Assembly (NCBI GenBank): GCA_965261735.1
Contig: OZ253470.1
Span: 4,352,001-4,416,000 of the forward strand
From: Alphaproteobacteria bacterium
GTDB taxonomy: Bacteria > Pseudomonadota > Alphaproteobacteria > SHVV01
Reading direction: 5' to 3'
Length of the DNA stretch: 64,000 nucleotides
Part shown: piece after piece, positions 42,590 to 52,951 of the stretch
How the letters are laid out: the number at the start of each line of letters is the position of its first letter
Position numbering within the stretch: the stretch's first letter is position 1
Made by a program: the position numbers and the translations under genes
Notes under the pieces: generated by a model
Databases searched by the model: none
Seen by the model: the letters and a program-made list of their open reading frames with translations, nothing else
Told to the model about the DNA's origin: nothing

Positions 42590-42673
42590 ATGAGCCACCA
42601 CCACCTCCACCTCAACGCGCGCCGCTGGGCTCAGGTCCGGCGGCGCGTCTCCGCGCACGACAGCTGGCGCTAG
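42590..42673 (+). pseudogene. Phage-type HNH N-terminal scrap
   Basis: MSHHHLHLNARRWAQVRRRV resembles the ORF at 46495. Confidence 0.45.
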
Positions 42674-42769
42674 CGGACCCTGCACAAGCGCCTCACGTGG
42701 CACGGCCTGTTCGGGGTTCGGGAGAATGAAAAGGTAGCGTATCGAGGGAAACATGGAACATGTCTACAA

Positions 42770-43460
42770 TATGGATGAAGCCAACATGGAACTAAAAGAC
42801 AGAATCAGAGACAGGGCCGAGGTCTTGTCTCCGCACTTGGCGAGAACGGCGGACAATTGCTGGCAGTGGCCGAGGCGCGCAGCCTCGGGCGCTGCGGGAT
42901 CAAGCTGGTATGGGAGGTCACCGGAGTTACGCTTTCGACTATCGACCAGGGGCTCAGAGAACTCGACGCGACATCGGTGCGGTGGAGGCGGGTGACGGAA
43001 CCACAGCCGAGGCGCCTGGCGGCCCTAGCGGCGCTTGTCGAGCCGGCGACGCGGAGGTGGAGATCCGGAGCGGCCGTTCTTGTGGGTCTCAAAGAGTTGC
43101 CACCATCTTGCGCCCGGCCTGGGGGCACAGGTTTAGTCAGGCTCCCGTTTGCTTGTGGAATAGCTTCCCGGACAACTGGCTACCCGCTGCAGGCAAACGC
43201 GAAGACGCGGGAAAGCGGTGCGCATCCCGACTGCAACAGACAGTTTTCCTATATATGCGTAAGCGGTTGGGGTTTTTTCCGTGCTGCTGGGGCGCCGGAA
43301 ACCTCAGTGGATACCAAAAGAAGCAACGGGTCCGCATCGACGATGCCCAGAGTGAAGACCCTCGACGTCCGATGTGTGGATTTCCGTGGCGAGTGGAGTT
43401 TTATCTTCCTGCCTACACCTCACAACGAACCGGCAAATTCTTGATGAATCCCAACTAGGC
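42770..43460 (+). pseudogene. ISAzo13-family transposase relic
   Basis: AEARSLGRCGI, GYPLQANAKTRE...HPDCNRQF, SVDTK, GEWSF. Confidence 0.75.
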
Positions 43461-43489
43461 ACCTAATAACTGACGGAGTAAACGCAGGA

Positions 43490-45138
43490 GTGTGTGCGAC
43501 CTTTTCGTTTTTGGTTCCCACTAAGGAGAAGGTATTGGAAATTAAAATGTCTTCGGGGGGCTCTGTATTTTTCGTCGGCGCCAATGGAGGGGGGAAGACA
43601 CGATTAGCAGTTCATATCGAACGGCAACTGAAACTCAAGGCTCATAGAATTTCGGCGCACAGGGCACTATCGTTGAACCCCGATGTGGCAAAAATAGGCG
43701 AAAAGAAGGCCTTAATGGGTCTACGTACGGGAAATGCTAGTGAAACCTCTAACTTGCAATACAGAGAAGGTCATCGGTGGAACTCTCAGAGTGCAGTGAC
43801 TTTTCTCAATGACTTTGACTTCCTTATTCAGGCGTTGTTCGCTGAACAGTCTAATACATCGCTCGATGCATATAATCATCATAAGTCCGGCGGGAAAAAA
43901 TTAAAGAGAAAATTTCAACTCACAATGTTTGATACGTTGAACAAAATTTGGCATCGATTATTGCCACATAGATCACTTCAGATTACAGGTGACGATATCC
44001 AAGTGTCGATACCCAGACAAACGGGTGCATATAAAGCATCAGAAATGAGTGATGGTGAGAGAGCAATTTTCTATCTGATCGGTCAGGTATTAGTTGCAGA
44101 AAAAGATTCCATGTTGATTATCGATGAGCCTGAATTGCATGTGCACCGCTCCATAGTGGCGAAACTGTGGGATGAATTGGAGGCCGCCCGATCTGATTGT
44201 GCATTCGTGTTCATTACTCATGATCTTGAATTTGCAGCTACGCGTGCTGGGAAGAAATATATTTTGGACGATTATAGACCAGAACCATATTGGGTTATTA
44301 AGGAGGTGCCCGAAGAATCTGAGTTTAATGAGGAACTTATTACACTGATACTTGGAAGTCGTAGGCCAATTCTATTCGTGGAAGGTGATGCTAATAGTTT
44401 GGATATAGCCATATATCGGTGTTGCTATCCCGACTGGACGGTCATACCCCGCGGATCTTGTGCGGACGTAATCCATTCGACTGTCACTATGCGGAGCAAT
44501 GCCTCTTTATCACGGGTGAAGTGTTGTGGAATTGTGGACGCCGACAACTATGACCAAGGGGATAGGGACTACTTAGGTAAGTGCGGTGTCGCAATTCTGC
44601 CAGTGTCGGAGATTGAAAACATTGTGTTGCTCCCAGACGTTGCCCGAGAAATTCTACAATTGGAAGGATATATAGACAAAGAGATTGACAAATCCTTGAA
44701 TATGTTGATCGACGCGGTTTTGAAGAGAGTCAATTCATCAGGAGAAATGGAGAAATTTCGAGTTCGTTATTGCAGGAGACGTATCGATCGAGAATTGAAG
44801 AATAGTGATTTTCAGAAGGCAGCCACCGTTAGCGAGCTTAGAAGGCATATTAAGTCACGAACGGAAACCCTGGATGTACAAGCAATTGCGGATCAGATCA
44901 CAAAGAAATTGCAAACTGCTATAATTGAACGAGATTTGCGAGGAATATTGGCCTATTATGATGATAAGGGTTTTTTTTGGCAATAGCTGCTTCTCATATG
45001 AGAAATTGTCGTAAGGTCGAGTTTATCGAAAGGCTAACCCGAATTTTGCGAAACGGCACCGTTAATCGCTTATCTCGTGCAATCAAGTCGGAGCTGCCAA
45101 CAATACCACCGGTAAATGAAGTGGCAAGTGGCACGTGA
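43490..45138 (+). CDS. ABC/AAA ATPase fused to a TOPRIM-like (DUF4435-type) domain; frameshift in a T8 run
   Basis: GANGGGKT, MSDGER, IIDEPELH, ITHD; FVEGD and GIVDAD; removing one T at 44971..44978 extends the ORF from 44986 to TGA 45138; AT-rich. Confidence 0.8.
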
Positions 45139-45249
45139 ACTCCATGCCGGGATTCGGTGCGTTGGCGCGGACGTGGGCCCGCCGAGTGCCTGAATTGCCG
45201 GCATATAAATTCAAACCGCCTGCCGCCGTAAGGAGCCACTTCACGCTTG

Positions 45250-46304
45250 GTCGAGCGGCGACCGCTTAGTGTCTATGCGGAGGCGCTGCAATGAACGCTC
45301 CGGCGCCGGCCCGGCGCGACCGGCTGCGGGCAATGCTGGCGGACCTCAAGATGCCGGGCGCGCTGGAGGCCGTCGACGGCATCCTCTCGGACGCCGACGG
45401 CGGCACGATCTCGGCGGCCGAGGCCATCGAGCAGTTGCTGAACGCCCAGATCGTGCTGCGCAACAACCGCCGTCTCCAGACCGCCATGCGCTCTTCGCGG
45501 CTTCCGGCTGTGAAGACGCTCGATCAGTTCGACTTCGCCTTCCAGCCCAGCATCAAGCGCGAGCAGATCGAGAGCTTGCACGAGCTCGGCTTCCTGGACC
45601 GCGGCGAGAACGTGATCCTGCTCGGCCCACCAGGCGTCGGGAAAACGCACTTGGCGATCAGCCTCGCGATCGCGGCGGCCGAGGCCGGCCGGCGCGTCTA
45701 CTACGGCACGCTCGCGGCGCTGATCGAGTCCCTCACCGAGGCCAAGGCCGCCGGCAATCTGACCCGGCGGCTGCGCGTGCTCACCCATCCGGCCCTGCTG
45801 GTGGTCGACGAGATCGGCTACCTGCCGGTCAACCAGGACGGCGCCGTGCTCTTCTTCCAGCTCATCAACGCCCGGCACGAGAGGGCGTCGACTGTGCTGA
45901 CGTCGAACAAGGGTTTCGAGGACTGGGGTGGCGTGCTCGGCGACGAGGTCATGGCGGCGGCTCTCATCGACCGCCTTGTGCACCACTGCCACATCGTCAA
46001 CATCCGGGGCAACAGCTACCGGATGAAGGAGCATCAGAACCTGCTGCAGTCCGGCTCGGATCGACGCAGGAAAAGAGCCGCCGCGTGATCGCCGGCTCAA
46101 ACGGAGACAGGAGCGGTGACACCCGCCCGCTGTGGATAACCGGGTTGTCGCCGCCAGACTCTTGGCGGTCGCTGCGCCAACCCGGTTACCTACAGCTCGA
46201 CCAAGTCCGACACCCCAAACACCGCGTCTGGGGGTACGACCGAACGCTCAAAGTGAGAAATATTTCGATCGACAAAAGTGGGAAATTTTCAGTCGCAATT
46301 GACA
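45250..46304 (+). mobile_element. IS21-family 3' half: istA tail, istB and right end
   Basis: RRPLSVY tail; terminal ...AGTCGCAATTGACA. Confidence 0.9.
45291..46088 (+). CDS. istB: IS21 helper ATPase
   Basis: GPPGVGKT, LVVDEIGY, LTSNK, IDRLVHH, GNSYR. Confidence 0.95.
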   Translation: MNAPAPARRDRLRAMLADLKMPGALEAVDGILSDADGGTISAAEAIEQLLNAQIVLRNNRRLQTAMRSSRLPAVKTLDQFDFAFQPSIKREQIESLHELGFLDRGENVILLGPPGVGKTHLAISLAIAAAEAGRRVYYGTLAALIESLTEAKAAGNLTRRLRVLTHPALLVVDEIGYLPVNQDGAVLFFQLINARHERASTVLTSNKGFEDWGGVLGDEVMAAALIDRLVHHCHIVNIRGNSYRMKEHQNLLQSGSDRRRKRAAA

Positions 46305-46498
46305 ACAACCTCGCGCTGGCCACGGCGATCGTCAAATCGACCTTGCGGCGGGACGGCAACGGCAACCCCGGGCTCGACCGGGCCACGTCGCGCGGGCGCA
46401 TCGACGTGCTGTCGGCGGCGGTGATCGCGGCCGGCCTGGCCGAGCCGATGTTCGACCGGCCGCCGCGCCGGCGCTTCCGCTTCGCCGTCGCCGGATGA
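46305..46498 (+). pseudogene. Phage terminase large subunit C-terminal fragment
   Basis: RRDGNGNPGLDRATSRGRIDVLSAAVIAAG (RID motif). Confidence 0.6.
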
Positions 46499-46640
46499 GC
46501 CGCAATCACGACAAGCTCGACCCGCGCCGCTGGGCCAGGGGTGCGCCGCCAGGCGTTCGATCGCGACGGCTGGCGTTGTCGAGCGTGCGGCCAGGCCGGG
46601 CGGCTTGAAGGACACCATGAGCCGGCCCTGCCGCAGAAAG
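46495..46640 (+). pseudogene. Phage-type HNH endonuclease, frameshifted and truncated
   Basis: RRWAR/VRRQAFDRDGWRCRACG...LEGHH; extra G at ~46540. Confidence 0.65.
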
Positions 46641-46810
46641 AACATAACGTGAATACAACGAGCTGTAAGGCCGGGCTGTTGCAGTCGCCGCGTCGTGCAA
46701 GAGCACTGGACTTGCCGGCGCAAAGGAGCGTCAGTGCGACCACGCCCGGCCACCCCGGGCTTGCCCCGGTAGCGGCGCCGATCTGCGCCGCAATACCGGA
46801 GGAGAACACC

Positions 46811-47107
46811 ATGACCATCAAATCATCGAGGAAAAAGTCGGGATCGCGCGCCGCGAAGGCCACCACCCGCAAGAACTCAAAGGCGACAGCTCCGAAGCAG
46901 CCGGGGACCACGAAGCTCGCTCTTCTCGTCGCCCATCTCAGTGCCCCGGGCGGCGCGACCATCGCCGAACTCTGTAAGGCAACGGGCTGGCAGCCCCATT
47001 CGGTTCGAGGCGGGCTCGCCGGTGCGCTGCGACGCAAGGGCCACGTCATCCGGTCCGAGAAAGAAGGGGGCCTGCGCCGCTACCGCATCGAGGAACCGGT
47101 GGTATGA
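46811..47107 (+). CDS. DUF3489-family (winged-helix-like) protein
   Basis: TKLALLV...GATIAEL..ATGWQPHSVRG...RYRI; GGAG RBS. Confidence 0.9.
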   Translation: MTIKSSRKKSGSRAAKATTRKNSKATAPKQPGTTKLALLVAHLSAPGGATIAELCKATGWQPHSVRGGLAGALRRKGHVIRSEKEGGLRRYRIEEPVV

Positions 47108-47517
47108 CCGGCGTGGCGCCGCTTGCGGACCAAATCGAGGCGCTTATGCCCCTTCGTCTCGAAGGGCTTCGAGAGGTTTGGCGCAACCGCTATGGTGCCC
47201 CGCCGAAGCTGCGCTCGGCCGAGCTGTTGCGTCATTGTCTGGCCTGGCGGTTGCAGGCAGAGGCTCTCGGCGGTCTCGATCGTGACACACGGCGCCAGCT
47301 CAAGCGCCGCCAGCGGGTCCAGGCAGAAGGTCTTGAGCTCGGGATCGGGACCACGCTGCGGCGTGATTGGCGAGGGCGGATCGTCCAGGTCACGGTCGAA
47401 GAAGAGGGGTTTCGCCATAAGGGCCAACTCTTCAAGAGCCTCTCCGCCGCCGCGACCGCGATCGCCGGCACGCGCTGGAATGGCCCGCGTTTCTTCGGTC
47501 TTCGATCCGCTAAATGA
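47104..47517 (+). CDS. DUF2924-family protein
   Basis: LAWRLQ...GGL, GTTLRRDW, SLSAAATAIAGTRWNGPRFFGLR. Confidence 0.9.
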   Translation: MTGVAPLADQIEALMPLRLEGLREVWRNRYGAPPKLRSAELLRHCLAWRLQAEALGGLDRDTRRQLKRRQRVQAEGLELGIGTTLRRDWRGRIVQVTVEEEGFRHKGQLFKSLSAAATAIAGTRWNGPRFFGLRSAK

Positions 47518-49102
47518 GCCAACCCCGTCTCCACTCGCCCTCTATACGAGGAAGAGCAGCGAGGAAGGCCTTGAGCAGGCGTTCAACTCCCTCGATGCGC
47601 AGCGCGAAGCCTGCGCGGCGTATGTGAAGAGCCAGGCCGGCGAAGGTTGGAGAGCGGTCCCGACCCGCTACGACGATGGCGGCTTCTCCGGCGCATCCAT
47701 GGAGCGGCCGGCGCTCAAGCGGCTTCTCTGCGACATCGAGGCCGGCAAGGTCGACGTCATCGTCGTCTACAAGATTGACCGCCTGACCCGGTCCTTGGCC
47801 GACTTCGCACGCATGATCGAGATCTTCGATCGCCGTCGGGTCAGCTTCGTCAGCGTCACCCAGGCCTTCAACACCACGACCAGCATGGGCCGCCTGACAC
47901 TGAACGTGCTGTTGTCCTTCGCCCAGTTCGAGCGCGAGGTGACGGGCGAGCGCATCCGCGACAAGATCGCGGCCTCCAAGGCCAAGGGCATGTGGATGGG
48001 CGGCATTGTGCCGCTTGGCTACGAGCCGCCTGAGAATGACGCGCGCGCCCTGGCGGTCAACCAGGAAGAAGCCGAGATCGTGCGCACCATCTTCCGAGCC
48101 TATATCGACCTCGGCTCGGTGCACGCGCTGCAGCGATGGCTTGAGGATCGGGGCATCCGTTCGAAGCGGCGCGTGACGCGGGCGGGTCGACTATCCGGCG
48201 GCGGGCCGTTCAGCCGTGGCGCGCTCTTTCAACTGCTGCGCAACAGAGTCTATCGCGGCATGATCGTCCACAAGGGGAGGGCGCATCCCGGCCGGCACCA
48301 GGCCATCATCGATGGCGATCTTTTCGCGGCCGTCCAGGCGCGGCTCGACGCGAACACCCGCCGCCGGGCATCGAATCGCGAGCAAAAGGCGAATGCCCCT
48401 CTGGCCGGGCGCCTCTTCGATGCGGATGGTCGGCCGATGTCGCCGACCTTCTCTTATGGGCGGGGTGGCAGGCTCTATCGCTACTATGTCTCGGCACCGC
48501 TGCAGCAAGGGGCAAGGCGCGATCCATCCGACACAGCCATCCGGCGCATATCCGCCCCACCGCTCGAAGTCGCCCTCGCGACCGTGCTGCGTCGCCTGAT
48601 CGCGGGATGTCCGGACGATCCCATCACGCTTGTTGTCCGCGCCGAGCTCCACGATCAGTCGCTGCACTGCTTGCTGCCGATCGACCGGATCGTCGCGATG
48701 CGCGAGCGCCTCGAGCCCCACGAACGGGTCGAGCCGGATCCGGCCGATGCACGTCTCGCCAGGCTGCATCTTCCCCTTGTCCGGCGTCGCGGCGAGACCT
48801 GGGTTCTTAAGGGCCAAAGTCCGGGACACATGCCGGACCCTGTTCTGGTCAAGGCGCTCCGCTCCGCACACGCCATGCTGCACCACGATGATGCCGGATT
48901 GCCCGTGCTCGTCACAGCGCCGGATACGCCCTATCGCCGCCGCCTCGTCCGCCTGGCCTTTCTGGCGCCGGAGATCCAAAGAGCGATTGTTGAAGGTCGC
49001 CAATCCGCAGGCCTGACACTGGCACAGCTCCTCAAGGGCCCGATGCCGCTCGACTGGCCGCAACAGGCCGTCCGAATCGGCATTGCGGCATCGCTGGAAT
49101 AG
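47514..49102 (+). CDS. Large serine recombinase; 1-nt frameshift at ~47535
   Basis: YTRKSS, DDGGFSG...RPAL, YKIDRLTRS and recombinase domain; the ATGA-coupled start MSQPRLH needs one extra G (TGC) to join ALYTRKS. Confidence 0.88.
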
Positions 49103-49889
49103 GGATCAGCACCCACATCCCGCTCACTCGACTACGGCAAGACGGGCCGGATTATTTCCTGTTCCCTTCATTTGCTTCCCTGATATCGACTGCCCTTCCC
49201 CCTGTTTTGCAGAAAAGAACCCCTGTTCTGCAGAAAAACAGGAAAGTTCAGAAGTCATTGATAAAAAAGATAATTTCTTCATTTTGGTCGGCAGTTCGCT
49301 ACAATCTCCCTGTTTTGAGGCCGTAATCGCAAAAATTCCCTGTTGCCACCAAACTCACCCTTGCATCGCGCTCGCGGAGACCGCACGCCGGGAAGCCCGG
49401 CAATGGCCGGAAATGCTCCCGCGTTCGGGAGCTCCGAATTGAGATTGACCGCGAAACATGCCCTGTTTTCCGTGGCTTGGCCGCGACATGCGATGAAGAG
49501 ACAGCTGCGCCGGGGTGGCTGGCTGTGGGCGCAGTCTGCTGCGAACCTGTCTCCGCGCCAATTCCCTGATAATCAGGGAAAATACAGGGAATTTTCACGA
49601 AAATGGGCGAATTCAGCCCAGTGATCGGCGGTAACCCACTGGAAACAAGTGGTTTTCCGGTGAATTCCCTACAAAACATAACAGAGAAACTTAAAACCCG
49701 AACAGGGACATTAATGCGAGGATCAGGGAATTTGAAACTGCGAACAGTAAGCGATGGAGTGGTCCCCCTCCCGCCGGCATCGCGATGTGCCAGGTTGGCG
49801 GTGTTGTCAACACCGAGATGAGGAAAGGGGCGTCCATGGAACAAGTTATCATCATCGGGATCGATCTGGCGAAGAACAGCTTTCAGCTG
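49066..49889 (+). repeat. Long direct repeat, copy B (partner 9171..10013)
   Basis: Same sequence as copy A; includes IS110 left end and MEQVIIIGIDLAKNSFQL. Confidence 0.95.
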
Positions 49890-50140
49890 AGCTGGTCCGC
49901 GGTGCGGCCCTGGCGTCCGGCGTGGAGTTTGGCCTCGAGGTGGTTGACCAGGTCGACGACGTTGTAGCAGCGGCCACGGGTGCCCATTCGGATGCAAGCG
50001 CGGGCGATAGCGACGGCGAGATGGGTCTTGCCGGTGCCGGTGCCGCCGGCGAGCTCCTGGATCAGGGGATCGTTGACCGGTGAGCGGGTCAACGAGATCG
50101 TCGCCAACCATGTCGGTCACCCTGTTAGTGTGACAACGCC
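49890..50140 (-). pseudogene. Mosaic of istB, IS1380 and IS6-end scraps
   Basis: GGTGTGKTHLA; LTDMVGDDLVDP; IS6-like terminus GTGACAACGCC at 50130..50140. Confidence 0.65.
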
Positions 50141-50316
50141 GCCGTTGCTGTCTTCGGGAAGAGACGGGCGGGTTGGAGTGTTATTCGGCGCGCAAGTTTG
50201 CCGCCACAGAATCGCGCGTCATCAAGGTCTTGGCGCGCCGATCGGCGTCGAACCCTCGCGCCGAACAACACCTGGGTAACGCCCGGAGCGCCGCGAAGCC
50301 GGATGACCGAGGCGTC

Positions 50317-52782
50317 TCAGCGTGGTCGCAGGATCAACGTGCCGAGGGCATTTTCCTCTACGCGGACGCGGTCGGTGAGCATCGGCAGATAGCGGCCATC
50401 ACGCCAAGCTTCGGCGAAATCATCATAGTGGACCGAGAGCGGGTTCCCGGACTGGCCGGTGCTCTGGATGAAGACAGAGCGCTCGGGCTCGCCAAGGTCG
50501 TAGACGGCCCGATAGCCGGCGCCATGATCCTGGACGAACGGGTGGTCGGGGTTGCTCACCGTGAAGCCGCCGGCCTTCACCGTCGCCCTCTCGCCCCCGC
50601 TCGGCAGCCAGACCTCGAACCAGGAGCCGATGACGGGGATCTCTCCCAGAACCCGGTGCTTCATCCACACGGCATGGGCCTCGCCCCACCGCCATTCCGC
50701 CAAATCGGTGCCGTAGTGGCGCGCGAGGTTCGCAATCGCGTCGCTGAGCGCGGCGGCAGCAGCGGTGGCGCAACTCTCCCGCTCATCGGTGGTCGCCACG
50801 TCGCACCAGTCGGTCCTCTTGGTGAGCACGCGGTGCATCACCTCGGTACGGATCTCCCAATAGTCCTCGAATGCCTCGCCGAGCTCGTCCGCGAACAGTT
50901 CGCGCATCAGTTCCCTGAGCCACGCCATGTAGATCAACGGCTCGGGACGGTCCCGGCCCATTCGGTGATCCCACGCGGCAAGCAGATCCAAGGCCTGGCT
51001 CGTGGCGTCGTCCGAGGGCGCCGTCAGCTCAAGGAGCACGGGCAGGAGGCGTGCCGCGGCGAGAGAGACCACATCCTGCTGGATGGCGGTAAAGCTCTCG
51101 ACGCCGTGCGCCGGGCGGGCATCGAGCAGGGCTTCGATCCGCCGGGCGCGATAGGGAGGCGTCCAGTCGTCGGTCAGATAGAACGGATAGTCAAGCCCAA
51201 CCAGCCTGTCGTTGGCGGCGACGATGCGGCCCTCGTCAGGATTGTCGGCGCGCGGCAAAGCCTCGAAAGGAATGCGATCCACCCAGTCGTGGGTCCCGGT
51301 CCAGCCCGGCGCGGGCATGTGTCCCTGGCCGGAGGCGCGGATCGGGATCCGCCCGGGCGCGACGTAGCCGATGTTCCCGGACCGGTCTGCGAATACGATG
51401 GTCTGCTGGGGCACGGCCATGTCGCGGAGTGCCGTGACGAAAGCGTCCCGATCCGCGGCGGCGACGGCACGCACCAGCGCCTCGGCGGTTCGGTCGTCAT
51501 CGTCGAGGGCGGTCCAGGAAAAGGCCAGGGTGTGGCCAGCCTCGAGAAACGACCCGCTGTCCTCGATCACGTCGGAGACGACCGGCCCGTGGCGGGTCTC
51601 GCGCACCGTGATCTCCACGGCTTCGGCCCCTGCGACACGGATCGTCTCGGTCCGAACCTCGAAGGGCAGACTGCCGTCGGGCGTCAAATAGCGAGCAGGG
51701 TCGTGCGGGTCGATGCGCTCGATGAACAGGTCCTGGACATCGGGTCCGGTGTTGGTGAAACCCCACGCGAAGTTCCGTGTGCGGCCGAGCACCGGGAAAG
51801 GCAACCCGGGCAGGGTGCCGCCCACGGCCTCGAACTCGGGGGTGCTGATATGGGCAAGATACCAGAGGCTGGGCATCTCGAGCCTCAGATGCGGATCGTT
51901 GGCGAGAAGCGGCTTGCCTGATTCGGTGTGGGCGCCGGAGAGAACCCAGCTGTTGGAGCCGAGCCCGGACACCCTCTGTTTTGGCACGGCCGCGGCGATC
52001 GCCTCGAAGTCGATATCGGCGGGGTCGAAGGATGGCCAACGCGCGGCCGGGGGCGGCGAGGCATCTCCCGGGTAGGGAGCCCAGAGATCCCGCAGCTGGT
52101 CCGGGTCAAGGCGACTGGCGAGCCTGGCACGAAGGAGTTCGTCCTCGAAATTATCGCCGAGGTCCCACGCCATCATCTTGAGCCAGACCAGGCTGTCGGC
52201 GGGCTGCCACGGTTCGGGCTCGTGCCCGAGCACCACGAACTCCAACGGAAGCAACCCGGATCGGGTCTCCAGATAGGCGTTCACACCGGCGGCATAGGCA
52301 TGGTAGATCGCCCGCGTCTCGGGCGAAAGCATCGAGAAGTTGCGCTCGGCGACCCGATAGACGCCCAGCGTCCGGAGGAACCGGTCCGTATTGAGGGAAC
52401 GGTCGCCGAAGATCTCGGAGAGCCGCGCCGCACCGACCCTACGCTGCATTTCCATCTGCCAGAGCCGATCCTGTGCGTGGACGAAGCCCATCGCGAAGGC
52501 GCCGTCCCGCGGCGACTGTGCATAGATGTGCGGGATTGCATGGGTATCGCGGACAATCTCCACGGGAGCGTCGAGCCCGGTCACGCTTTGGGTGCCGTCA
52601 TAAGAAGGCAGTGACAGCCACGAACAGGCGCCGAGGACGACCAGAAGCGCGAATATCGGAAGGGCACCGAGGCCCGCGCGGAGCCGCGGGAGCCGAAAGC
52701 CCCGCCGGATTTCCCTTCCGCCGGCTGTCCCACCAGGGGCGGAAGCGACGGGCAACGAAGGGCCGTGAGGTGGTGTTGTCAC
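50317..52782 (-). CDS. Penicillin acylase family (Ntn) hydrolase
   Basis: RDTHAIPHI, HAQDRLWQM, GSNSW nucleophile, LANDPHL, GQSGNPLSVHY. Confidence 0.92.
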   Translation of the reverse strand: MTTPPHGPSLPVASAPGGTAGGREIRRGFRLPRLRAGLGALPIFALLVVLGACSWLSLPSYDGTQSVTGLDAPVEIVRDTHAIPHIYAQSPRDGAFAMGFVHAQDRLWQMEMQRRVGAARLSEIFGDRSLNTDRFLRTLGVYRVAERNFSMLSPETRAIYHAYAAGVNAYLETRSGLLPLEFVVLGHEPEPWQPADSLVWLKMMAWDLGDNFEDELLRARLASRLDPDQLRDLWAPYPGDASPPPAARWPSFDPADIDFEAIAAAVPKQRVSGLGSNSWVLSGAHTESGKPLLANDPHLRLEMPSLWYLAHISTPEFEAVGGTLPGLPFPVLGRTRNFAWGFTNTGPDVQDLFIERIDPHDPARYLTPDGSLPFEVRTETIRVAGAEAVEITVRETRHGPVVSDVIEDSGSFLEAGHTLAFSWTALDDDDRTAEALVRAVAAADRDAFVTALRDMAVPQQTIVFADRSGNIGYVAPGRIPIRASGQGHMPAPGWTGTHDWVDRIPFEALPRADNPDEGRIVAANDRLVGLDYPFYLTDDWTPPYRARRIEALLDARPAHGVESFTAIQQDVVSLAAARLLPVLLELTAPSDDATSQALDLLAAWDHRMGRDRPEPLIYMAWLRELMRELFADELGEAFEDYWEIRTEVMHRVLTKRTDWCDVATTDERESCATAAAAALSDAIANLARHYGTDLAEWRWGEAHAVWMKHRVLGEIPVIGSWFEVWLPSGGERATVKAGGFTVSNPDHPFVQDHGAGYRAVYDLGEPERSVFIQSTGQSGNPLSVHYDDFAEAWRDGRYLPMLTDRVRVEENALGTLILRPR

Positions 52783-52935
52783 GTTATTGAACGGTCGTGC
52801 CGCGAATTGGCATAGAACTCAAGCTCAAGCGGCAGCGGTGGCAGTTTGCCACAGGCCCATTGCCTGGTTGCGAAACTGGCGCAATGATTTTCGGGAAATC
52901 AGATGGCGTTGGACGTTGAAGGTGTTGTAGACGGT
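52772..52935 (-). pseudogene. IS6-family 3' remnant
   Basis: TIR-like GGTGTTGTCACGTT at 52772; VYNTFNVQRHLISRKSLRQFR. Confidence 0.7.
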
Positions 52936-52951
52936 TGTCCCTTCTATTTAT

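Noticed and set aside
50173-51921. Long antisense ORFs (also 24723..26468, 61804..63339, 27731..29167)
   Set aside because: Shadow frames of well-supported opposite-strand genes in high-GC DNA; no motifs
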